Part shown: in pieces, positions 1-40,112 of the stretch
Layout: the number at the start of each line of letters is the position of its first letter
How positions within the stretch are numbered: position 1 is the stretch's first letter
From: Octopus bimaculoides
Lineage: Eukaryota
Assembly: GCF_001194135.2 (NCBI RefSeq)
Contig: NC_068998.1
Span: 2,728,423-2,792,422 of the forward strand
Length of the DNA: 64,000 bases
Direction of reading: 5' to 3'
The notes under the pieces: generated by a model
What the model was told of the DNA's origin: nothing
Database searches by the model: none
The model's input: the letters and a program-made list of their open reading frames with translations, nothing else
Program-made: the position numbers and the translations under genes

Positions 1-316
1 AGTAAATTTTTTTTTAAATTAAAGACACATTTGATAATGTAGTCTTAGATATGCTATGTCTGAATAAAAGATAGAATGAACACTGATGGAATTTCCTTTG
101 ATTGGAGATAGATGTGCCAGATTTTGGCTAATTTAACAACAACAACAATAATCTGTGGTGAAAGTCAAGGAGAGATTGTCAATGCAGTTAGTTACTCACA
201 GGCCTGCACCTAACACTGAACAGGCTGAAACCCAAGGCTACAACATCTAGGGGCTGTCAGAGTCCTTTTAAAAGGGGCCTTGCTACTGGGGCATCCTACA
301 AATTCTCTTATATTTC

Positions 317-700
317 ATCTTTTACTGGTTTCAGTCATTAGACTGTGGCCATGCTGGAGCACTGCCCGAAAGGGTTTTAGTAAACGAATTGACCTCAGTA
401 CTTATTTTTTAAAAGTCTGGTACTTATTCTATCATTCTCCTTTTGCTGAACTGCTAGGTTACGGGGGATGTAAATACAAAAACAATAGTTGTCAAGCGGT
501 TGTCGGAGACAAACACAAAGCTACCTACATACATATGTACGCACATACATACATATATAAAATGGGTTTCTTTCAATTTCTGTTGACCAAATCCATTCAC
601 AAGGCTTTGGTCAGCCTGAGGTTATTGTAGAAGACACTTGTCCAAGGTGCCATGCAGTGGGACTGAACCCAGAACCTTGTGGTTGGGAAGCAAACTTCAG
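317..700 (-). mobile_element. tRNA-derived bipartite SINE family C (representative copy)
   Basis: On the minus strand: tRNA-like head (ggttc.gggttcagtcccactgc.tggcaccttgg.caagtgtcttc), internal microsatellite, tail ...ccagcatggccacagtctaatgactgaaac. Other approximate copies: 6212-6430-, 8054-8228-, 15335-15500+, 16255-16310+, 29030-29195+, 31975-32180-, 33270-33472+, 36935-37100-, 37810-37885+, 42090-42310+, 51050-51340-, 57015-57172-. Confidence 0.85.
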
Positions 701-1722
701 AGTTATGGTGGCACCTCTTTATCTAAATATGATAGTGGTTACTTGAAGTAGCAACTAAACCTCCCTCAAACCACTGCTGTTTTATAAAAGGAAGGACATG
801 TTATAGCTAGTTCATGAGAAAACTAGCAGACTGAATGTGGTGTGGAGAAAATGAATTGATAAAACATAAAATATGGATTAATATTATTATTTTTTTCCCC
901 CGATAAGTGGCAACATCGTTAGTTATATTATGTGGTGTTTGTTCAAGTTATTCACATGCTGAGTTCAAATCCTGCTAGGTTGTCTTCACCTATCATCTTT
1001 CCAGGGCCAGTGAAATACTGTGGTCAACATAGTCCAGTGTTTCCTTCATCCAAAATCTGTGGCCTTCTGCCTTATTTAGAAACATTCTTATATTTCTGCT
1101 TTTCACAACATGGGTTTAAGTGTTATGCTTTCAAAGACTTTGACTATGGAAGGACGTCGAGAACATAATTGAAGAAATCTTTAACAATGAAACATATCTG
1201 AGGGTTTCTCTTTCTGTAGCTTTAACTATGGAGGGACATCAAAGGCATAAGTGAAATGTTGACCCCTTCAAAATTTAATTACTCTTAATTGTGGAAAGCA
1301 GTTTTATATACCAAGCTATCTTTTGTTGAGGAATGTCATGTTGGAATCTTTGTTATGTTGACGTATGTCAAGTTTAATGAGGAGGAAATGTGACTTGCAG
1401 AAAATGCCAATTCTATTTTTTTGGTAAATAGCATCATTACTGGAATGACCATGAAATTTAATTTTGCAGTTAAATGTTTAAAATACTAAAACAATGGAAA
1501 TTTATAAATTTATGAACCAAAACAAGAAAAAGTTTATAACAAATGGAATTTCTATGGACACACACAATCAGTAATGAACACACACATAAACAGTAATAAT
1601 ATACACACAAGCAATAACACTCAGATAGATGCAAGTATATATACACACACAAGCAATAACACACACAAGCACCAACACACACACACAAATGTTTATAATA
1701 AGAATAATAAAAAAAAACTTAC

Positions 1723-30216
<28,494 letters not shown>

Positions 30217-31272
30217 CTGCAAAAACAAACAGAAAAAAAAATTAATCAGTAAATTGATAGACATTCTATTTTTAATCAATTTAAATGTTGCAGTTGTTTC
30301 CCCTGTTTTTTGTTTTTTTTTACTTTGTTTTTACCAGAAATATTCATTAGGTTTGCAATTCTTTCTTCTCCTCCTCCCTCCCCTCTTCATTGTTTCTAAC
30401 ATCCACTTTTCCATGCTTGCATGAGTTAGATGAAATTTGTTGAGGCAGATTTTTCTATAGCTGGATGCTCTTTCTGTCACCAACCCTCACCTGTTTTCAA
30501 TCAATAAATAAAAAAGATGAGATGGTCATGAGTGGAATGCCTTTACTCATAAACCTGCTTCAGTAAGGTTGACTTGGGGTTAAAGATAAACAATCTTTTG
30601 CTCAGTCTAAATCACAGGCACATGGGACGGGGAAGTCCTAGAATGGCTTAGATTACACACGTCTGTTTGATCAGGGCTTCCCAGGGGCAACACATCAAAC
30701 GACAACAATAGCAACAGTAATAGCAATAATAATAATAATAAAAACAACAACAATAATAATACAACTTGTACATAAACACATGGGAACAAGAATGATTGAT
30801 TGAACTCCATCCATCAGTGCAGTTTAAAGAATAGAAGGGCAGTGTGTTTATAAATTATATATACACCCGTATATATAATGCATGTTAACATACATAATGC
30901 ATAAATATATACACGTATGTGCATATAAATATATACACATGTATACACACACACACGTGTGTGTGTGGAGGAGGAAATATAATGTGTTATAAAATGTATT
31001 GATACACCATTATCAGTTTCTGTCGACGTCCGATAACTCGCTTCATTAATTTCAGCCATTGATAATGTCCTCTCTGTCTTACTAACAAAAGACCAAAACT
31101 AAAAGACTCCATACCGAGACACACACACAGACAGACATGTACACAGGCCTACATTTAGACACATGCACACACACACACACACACACACATACATATAGAC
31201 ACAATTTGATTTATTCCTTCCTTTTCTTCTATTGTATAGGAACTGATTTGATTACATCTCTACACTGAAAGC

Positions 31273-31318
<46 letters not shown>

Positions 31319-31439
31319 TGTATGTATGTATGTGTGTGTGTGTGTGTGTATTTGATAGAGATTATTCATCTATTCAAAATTCAGGCTTCACTCCTTTGCT
31401 ATTTTATATTAACATATTTTTTATAATATATATCATCAT

Positions 31440-31941
31440 NNNNNNNNNNNNNNNNNNNNNNNNNNNNNNNNNNNNNNNNNNNNNNNNNNNNNNNNNNNNN
31501 NNNNNNNNNNNNNNNNNNNNNNNNNNNNNNNNNNNNNNNNNNNNNNNNNNNNNNNNNNNNNNNNNNNNNNNNNNNNNNNNNNNNNNNNNNNNNNNNNNNN
31601 NNNNNNNNNNNNNNNNNNNNNNNNNNNNNNNNNNNNNNNNNNNNNNNNNNNNNNNNNNNNNNNNNNNNNNNNNNNNNNNNNNNNNNNNNNNNNNNNNNNN
31701 NNNNNNNNNNNNNNNNNNNNNNNNNNNNNNNNNNNNNNNNNNNNNNNNNNNNNNNNNNNNNNNNNNNNNNNNNNNNNNNNNNNNNNNNNNNNNNNNNNNN
31801 NNNNNNNNNNNNNNNNNNNNNNNNNNNNNNNNNNNNNNNNNNNNNNNNNNNNNNNNNNNNNNNNNNNNNNNNNNNNNNNNNNNNNNNNNNNNNNNNNNNN
31901 NNNNNNNNNNNNNNNNNNNNNNNNNNNNNNNNNNNNNNNNN
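31440..31941. other. Assembly gap (N run)
   Basis: Run of N flanked by TA repeats. Confidence 1.
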
Positions 31942-31973
<32 letters not shown>

Positions 31974-34724
31974 CTTGCTTCAGTCATTAGACTGTGGCCA
32001 TGCTGGAGTACAGCCTTAAAGAGTTGGTCTCTTTTGCTGAACTGCTAAGTTACAGGGGATATAAACACACCGAAACTGGTTAATGCCTTGATTTGGCCCA
32101 GGGCTAAAGTAAAAGCTACCTGCTCAAGGTGCCAGGCCATGAGACTGAACCCAAAACCACATAGTCAGGAAGCAACCATATACTTCCAGGTAGAACTGGA
32201 AGAGTATCAACCATTTATCTTGTGGTATTTAATCTGATCCCTTAGTTTGTGTTTTCTCTTTGCAAGGTCAATAAAAATAAAAAAAACTATAAAACATGTG
32301 ATGATAACATCAAGTAAACTCTTGAGGGCAATGATCCAGAATGGATGCAGTCCAATGATCAAGGCCAGTGAAAGAACAAAGGAATGGCTAGTTGATGTTC
32401 TGGACAGAAATTCATAGAAATTGTTGAGTCATTACAAGAAGAATAAAACAAAAAATATTCTTTCTCTTATTTTGAAATGTGTAATTTTAAAAAATTAAAC
32501 AGAATATGAAGATTTTATTTTACAACGAAACATTTGCAGAAGAAGGAAATATGAAATCTGTACAAGAACAATTTGGCATTTGGCATTTGGAAAGTTGATT
32601 GTATTCTTGAAAATAATCATGTCAAAACCCATTAAAGGTTCTCTCAAAGAATATAAAAAGAAAGAAGTGAAGGAAAAGAGAAATTCAATAAATAAACAAA
32701 TTCTTCAAAAAAACAACCAAAATTTTTATCTTTTGTCAAACACAAAAGAATTTATTTTACATTTTTGGAAAAGGTCCCCCCTCCCGCCCGGAATATTTTA
32801 TTGTGAAGCAAGAATTTTAAAACCAAACCTTTCATGTGTAAAACACACTCCGCCACCCTCACCTCCCCAAGAGATTGTTGTTTGTTTGTTTTTGCTTATA
32901 TTTTTATTCCCATCTTTTAATTTGTTTGTATTTTTATTTTGTTTGTTTTGCTTCCTTTTGCATGTTTTTTGCAAATAAAAATTCTCTCCATGGAAAGCTG
33001 AACACTTGGAGAAGATGGTCAGGATAGAGAAGCAGGTGGTGGTGGTGGGGGGGGGACTCTGTGCCCCAATGTTGCTTTACGGTGGGCACGAGGAAGAGTG
33101 GCACAATTGACGAAAAGGGTAAAGAGACTTGCTCTTGTTACACAGCTCTAAACAGGTGGCAAGAAAATGGAAAACAGCCCTTTTGCCTTTGAGGCATCAG
33201 AACAGCCCAGGGTGTTATAAGGAGCACCGTGTGTTTGTATGTGTGTGTATATATATATAGTGTGTGTGTGTCTTTGTCGCTCACCACTGCACAGAAGCCA
33301 GTGTTGGCATGTTTACATCCTTGTAACTTAGCAGTTTAGCAAAAGAGACCAATAAAATAAGTACCGGGCTTAAAGAAAAAAAAAGTACTGGAGTCGATTC
33401 ATCTGAATAAAGAAAGTTCTTCAAGATAGTGCACCAGCATGGCCACAATCTAATAAGTAAAAGACAAAAGATGTGTGGAAGATTTTTGACAAGGATGAGG
33501 TTGGAAGAGGAAATACAACAAGAAGTGGTAAATGGTAAATGTGTGTTGTTAGGAAAGATGGAATTAATGTAACAGGAAAGTTATTAGAGATGGAATCGGT
33601 AGAGATGGGTTGACATTATGGCATAGATTTTTGGAAGAATTTACAGAAAGTAGTATTTTTCAAGCAATCTGGAATTGGTAATTTTACAAAATAAATTTAC
33701 TAAAAGAATCTGGTGTCTATTTCAAAAGACACTGTGCCTGCCCCTCCCCAGTTCCAACTTGTGGAACTGTCAAATGTGTTTCTTGTAGAAATAAAAGACA
33801 AGATGGAATGATTGAAGGAGAAAAAGACAGAAAGATGGAACAAAGGAAGAATAAATGACAGAAAGAAAGAGAAAAAGAGAGAAAGAAGGATTAAATCATA
33901 AATGAGAAATTATGTGTGTGTGTGTGTATACATGCATTATGTGAGACAGTATGTGTGTGTGGGTGTGGTTTTATGTATGTGTATGTTACAATCTCCGTTG
34001 TGTTTAATAGCAGTCTCCCAGAGTGCAACAGGTCCTTGGTTCAAGTCCTGCGTGAAGGTCAGGTTTATTTTATAAATGCAGTCATTGCTGGGGTGGGGAA
34101 GGGGTAAGGTTAAGAAATTCATCATCATCATCATAATTATCACTTTCATCACTTTAGTCACCACCACCACCACCACCACCACCACCACCATCTTTACCAT
34201 CACAATCATTCCACTCCTATTATCGTCATCATCATCATTATCACCATCGTTACCATTATTGTCATCACCATCATCACCATCAAGAAAAACAAGACCTTTC
34301 TGAATTTTCAACAGACAGTAAAAAAAAACAAAAAACAAAATGGTGACTTGAAATTCTTCTTGACACAAACAACAACAACAAAACAAAGAATAAGTAATCG
34401 CTGCATTTGTATGGCACATTGCTATAACAACATTCCTTATCTTCTGCTGCACAGCTTCAACACAAACTTTGCAGTGTGTGTGTGTGTGTGCAGGGACATA
34501 TACATATAAAATATAAATATAGAATAGATATTGGTTTGGTATTACAAACAGGAAACTAAAACTCAAACATGAGTACATATAACTTCAGCTGATTAATTAA
34601 CACACACACACACACACACGAGTGAGTGTGTGTGTGTGTGTGTAAAGTTCAAGATTATGCAAAGAACACGAGACAGACAGGTAAGGGAACAACAAGCAGT
34701 GTATTAGTGTGTATATATACTGTT

Positions 34725-34845
34725 AGGGAGTGACACTTCACACAGCTCTCCTCATCCATACGCAGCACATGACCATACCAGTGCAGTCGTCTTTCTTGCA
34801 CACCACATCTGATGCTTCTTATGTCCAACATTTCTCTTGTATGAA
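34725..34845 (-). mobile_element. RTE-clade LINE C-terminal fragment
   Basis: Translation REMLDIRSIRCGVQERRLHWYGHVLRMDEESCVKCHSL contains the RRL.WYGHV.RM motif. Confidence 0.85.
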
Positions 34846-35262
34846 TATGTAGAAACTCTGCCAAATTTAGATTGGAGCCTGGTGTTGCCATCCAGTTTCA
34901 CCAGTCCTCAGATTGTCTGCTCCAATTTTGTAAACAGACTTTCTTGAGCTTCCCCTCAATTCTATTGTACAACCATTTCGTAAGATAACCTTTCCCACAA
35001 CACTACAAGAAAGTACAACAGATCTTCTGCATATATATATACATCACAACGATTCTTTTCCTCTCCTGTTTTTGGACGTTTTTTGTTGTTGTCTTTTTAT
35101 CATTTTAAATCCATTTTTCAAGCTGAGTTTATTTCTAGGTAGCTTTTTAATGCTTCCTCCATTAAATATGTTAATACTAAGAAAACTATCTCTCTTACTA
35201 TAGTACAAATGGTAATGCATGGGTGCTCTTTACATTGCACCAAAACAGAGGCTTTATGCATG

Positions 35263-35310
<48 letters not shown>

Positions 35311-35828
35311 TACAATATACACAGACATATATAGACACACAGAAATGCATACACAGCAGACAGACACACACACACAGAGGCAGAAAGTGAGGGTGATTGC
35401 TTGCTATGTCTGTTGCATGTATGCCACTTTATAGCAGTGGCACTTCAGTGTCTACTGACGAGAGAAGTGAAATATTAGGTGTGGGGGGGGGGGAGAAAGA
35501 GATATGAAAGGAGAGAGAGAAAGACAAGGAGAGAAACCGGGACAAGAAGAGAGGGATAGAGAAATGTAGAAGGGGAGAAAAGGAGAAAAAATATTGTGAA
35601 AAACTACCATCAACCAACGTATAAAATAAATGAATCATGAATTATAAAAATAAACATCAAAGCAAGACATTTGATTGGCAAAGCTGGTTAATTATCATTA
35701 TCATCATCATCATCGGCAACAGCTTGAGGTATTTTTATGCCGTCTTTGGAACAGATTATGGAACCGTCTGAATATAGATGGAGTATAAGGGGAAGAAGTA
35801 GAAAAATGTTGGTGAGTATGTATCTGTT

Positions 35829-35866
<38 letters not shown>

Positions 35867-36787
35867 CACACACATTATACTGTAGAATCCATTCTACTGT
35901 AGGTACAAAACCTGAAATTTTGAGGGGAAGGGGACAGTCAACTACATCGACCACAGTATTCAACCCCAAAAGGACAAGTGGCAAAGTTGACCTCGGAAGA
36001 ATTTGAACCTAGCATGCCAGACAAAACACTTGACAGCATGTCATCTGTCTTCACATTCTGACGATTCTACCATTTGGTTTTATTGGCCAAAAGCAATCAA
36101 AACACTGGAGACCTAATACGAAAATAATGGTTATTTTGCAAGTGGGTTGTAAAGATATCCCTAACAGTAGCAGCAGATTGAGAAATGAAATATGGTTAAA
36201 TATTCTTTGTCTGTTATTGCCAAAATGGTGAATTCTTAGAGAATCAATGGCAAAATCAGATTGCCAAGAACATGGCCATGTGTGACACTAAAACTAAAAG
36301 TTAAAGTTGTGTTTAATAGGCCGGAGAGATCGGCAACTTCACAGTTGAACAATTTGCGGATGATATGTTTTTATTCTTTGAAATGGTCCAGAGGAGTTCT
36401 TCATAAACAGAAGTGGTACAGCACTGATGCTGTTGCTGTTGTTTGGTGATTGGGTATTGTTGCAAAAAGGAATTTCAAGTGTCAATACAAAGAGTCTGGA
36501 GAGAAATGGACCCCTTCAAGAATGAAACTGCTCACATTTGCAATGAAGCAGTGCATACGTAATTTGGAAAATTCTGGTTGTTTGATATACAAGTGTGTGT
36601 TTATGCATGGCTGTGTGTATAGCTATATATAATCATGTGTATATGGATGTTTATAATCCTTACATTATAGAGACACATGTTTAACCTTGATATATATATA
36701 TATATATACATACACACATATATATGTGTGATTCATCTAAGAGACCATAAGTCAGAGAAAGACGCATTCATATATTGTCAGTGGGTG

Positions 36788-36885
36788 GATTATCCAAATT
36801 TTATAGTATCAAATATCCACCACGGCTGATCTTAGCAATCACATCAGCTGTGATGGATATTTAATACTGTAAAATTCAGATAATC
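36788..36885. repeat. Imperfect inverted repeat, 43-bp arms, 12-nt loop
   Basis: The arms differ at 6 of 43 positions, all transitions. Confidence 0.9.
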
Positions 36886-37663
36886 TATATATATATATAT
36901 ATATATAGATAGATAGATAGATATAGAAATGTGTGTGTGATGGGTTTCAACACAGTTTCCAGCTGTCATATTCATTCACAAGGCATAGGCTGGCCCAGGG
37001 CCATAGTAGAAGACACTTACCCAAGGTGCCTTGAAGTAGGACAGAACCTGAGACCACATGGCTCCAACACGAGCTACTTAAGCGTTCAGCCATGCCTACA
37101 CCTACATACACAGACATATACACACATAGATATGTATGTATACACACACAAGTACGCACACACAGACAATTACTAGAAGTAGAAGCTCCACTCTGAGTAT
37201 CTACTCATCTCCTAGGTCCTCCACTCCTCCGAGTTCCTGCATTTGTTATTGTTCTGGCTGAGTGATAGGAAACTCAAACTGTGCTGAATCTCTGCTGTAG
37301 ACATGCTTTCCGTCTGGATTCTCATTGGTCAATATTGTGGCCAGTTTGTGACAGCAGGTTTTCTTTTTTGTTTTTTTGTTTTTGTTTTTTCTTTTGCGTG
37401 GGATTTCAGCTGCTTCTGCAGCTGCTACTGCGCTGACCAGCAGCCTGACACTACTGCTACTACCAATCTACAGACAAATAACACAGTGCGTGTGCGTGTG
37501 TGTGTACTGTACAATTTAAACCTTAAATTGCGTGACAAATAACCACTATTAAGAACTCCATGTGTATTTCCGTTGCTGTATTGTAATTATATCTTTTGTA
37601 ATGGAATCCAGGTTGGTAAAGTAGAGAACAAAACAAAAACACGAGACTGAGAGACTGTTTATA

Positions 37664-37702
<39 letters not shown>

Positions 37703-37934
37703 TAATCAGCAGAAATTACAGAGTGACTGAAGGACGAAGAGCTTTGGCAAACTCTTGGTTCTTTAGTCACTTTATAACTTCTGCCAGTTATTAATAAAAA
37801 AAAAATAAAATAAATATATATGTAGGCACAGGCATGGCTGTGTGGTGAGAAGCTTGCTACCCAACCACATGGTTCCGGGTTCCAACATGGAAGCCAGACA
37901 TTAAGCAATAATAATGAAGATGATGACAATGATC

Positions 37935-38140
37935 AAACTCCCATGGTTTCTTTCCAGCCATTGCAAATCTTCTAAAATAAAGAGCCACATCTCATTACCA
38001 TGCAGCATTACACTTTGTACACAAGCATCTAACAATCTGCCTTTTACTCGGAGAGAGAAACCCTTTGGTGTCCAGCAAAAGAAATACCACCCGAAACTTC
38101 TCCCAGCTCTTTTCTCCCTTAGGCTGCTAAGTTTTCTGAA
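37935..38140 (-). mobile_element. RTE-clade LINE reverse-transcriptase fragment
   Basis: Translation KGFSLRVKGRLLDACVQSVMLHGNEMW...EDLQWLERN matches the RTE post-RT motif K.RLY.ACV...MLHGSETW. Confidence 0.85.
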
Positions 38141-38422
38141 CATCCATCTCTATTGCTAATTAGGTTACCATGGTAACAAAGCCTATAAGCTAATAGTAGG
38201 GAACATTTTGAAGGATCCTATGTTACATGTACTTTTACTGATAACTGATTGACCCAGTGCATCTACTGCATTGAAAGTTGACCTTCTTGGCCAAATAGAT
38301 ATAAGTACAAACGTGCGTGTGTGTGCATGCATAATACAGGCATTTGTATGTATGTATGTGTCTATATCTATCTATCAATCTGGATAAACAGAAAGTAGTG
38401 AACATGCATTTATTTGCATGTA

Positions 38423-38465
<43 letters not shown>

Positions 38466-38555
38466 AAATAATATTAAATAATATTCATTGCCAACTTTAT
38501 GTCTTAAATGAATCCATCCACACACACACACATATATACACACATTTACATATAC

Positions 38556-38600
<45 letters not shown>

Positions 38601-38773
38601 AACGCATGTGTGTGCGTACACAAGATGTAAAGTTGGCGATGTATATAAAAATGTTGGACTCTTAAGTCATTTAGTTTGGTCAATATTTTTACATGGAGAT
38701 TAATTTATCCAGTTTTATATATCGCCACTGGATGATTCATCCCAAAGAACGCAGTTGTACACACTGCTGTCCG

Positions 38774-38804
<31 letters not shown>

Positions 38805-39427
38805 GGTGGAAGCAGGGTGGCGGCGGCGGCGGCGGTGGTATTGTGGCTGTTGTTAATGATGTAATGGTCAAACAAACAAACTTAAATTCTTCTGTCAATC
38901 AATATAACAGGCCTTGATGACGACGGTGATGGTGATGATAAGGAAGAGGAGCAGGAAAGGATGATGATGATGATGAGGAAAAGAAAGAGGAACATGATGG
39001 TGAATATAATAATGATGATGTTGATGATGGTGATGACAATGTGTACCACGATGCAATGATGATGACGATAATGATGATGATGATGATGATGATGATGTAA
39101 ATGATAATGGTGATGACAACAAAGCAAGTTGTTTTAGTTTTCTAAATTACTGATGACGACAATGATGATGATGATGATGATGATGGTAGCTGTATCTAGT
39201 CAGATATTATTACTATAGCAACTAACTGCTTGTGCTTGAGAGAGAGAGAGAGAGAGAGAGGAGGGAGAGACAGACAGAGAAAAAGAGAGAGAGAGAGAGA
39301 GAGAGAGACAGTAGGAAAAGGAAGATTATGTAAAAGGAGGAGAAAAAGAAGAAGAAAAAAAACTACCATATGAATAATGATTTTACTGCTGCTGCTGATT
39401 TCTACCTTGGTAACAAAGTAACATATT

Positions 39428-39528
39428 NNNNNNNNNNNNNNNNNNNNNNNNNNNNNNNNNNNNNNNNNNNNNNNNNNNNNNNNNNNNNNNNNNNNNNNNN
39501 NNNNNNNNNNNNNNNNNNNNNNNNNNNN
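39428..39528. other. Assembly gap (N run)
   Basis: Run of N. Confidence 1.
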
Positions 39529-39680
39529 GGGAAGGAGACAGTTGTTGATAATGTAGACCCCAGTATTTAACTGGTACTTTATTTTATTGACCCTGGAAGA
39601 ATAAAAGCTGACTTCAGTGAAAACTGAACTCAGAACATCAAGTGATGCTACCAAGTAATGCAAGGTGCTTTGTCTTTCTC

Positions 39681-39709
<29 letters not shown>

Positions 39710-39711
<2 letters not shown>

Positions 39712-39925
39712 GTTATAAATTTTGCCACAAGGGCAGCTATTTTGGGGGAGGGGATGAGATGATCACATTGACCCCAGTGTTTAACTGGTACTTATTTTAT
39801 CGACCCCGAAAGGATGAAAAGTAAAGTTGACTTCGGCAGAATTTGAACTCAGATCGTAGCAACAGGCAAAATACTGTTAAGCATTTCGTCCAGCATGCTA
39901 ACGATTCTGCCAGCTCACCGCCTTA
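39710..39925 (-). mobile_element. tRNA-derived SINE family B (representative copy)
   Basis: Head aaggcgg.gagctggcagaatcgttagca...gagttcaaattc.gccgaagtc.actt has pol III A/B-box-like motifs and is flanked by (AAT)n. Other approximate copies: 940-1020+, 3250-3460-, 11200-11430-, 11450-11635-, 13790-14000-, 14060-14210-, 24715-24960+, 25080-25255+, 35880-36080-, 39530-39660-, 44980-45200-, 46400-46530-, 50150-50250+, 52450-52797+ (split), 61600-61740-. Confidence 0.85.
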
Positions 39926-40062
39926 ATAATAATAATAATTCTTCCTCAAACAGCATCGGTATCTTATATAAGGATTGTTGTGACTTGACAAACAGTACAA
40001 ACCCCTGGTAGACACAATGTCTTCAATCAACAACCTCATGATATTGTAAACTGTGTGACATT

Positions 40063-40112
<50 letters not shown>

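Noticed and set aside
186-250. Minus-strand segment ending in gtgagt as the next GEF exon
   Set aside because: It has a stop in the required phase-0 frame and no similarity to the expected spectrin-repeat continuation.
1100-1450. Possible mariner transposase remnant (GRTS..., FLVNSIITG resembling FL.RIITGDE)
   Set aside because: The similarity is too short and broken, and no TIRs were found. It is also not the next GEF exon.
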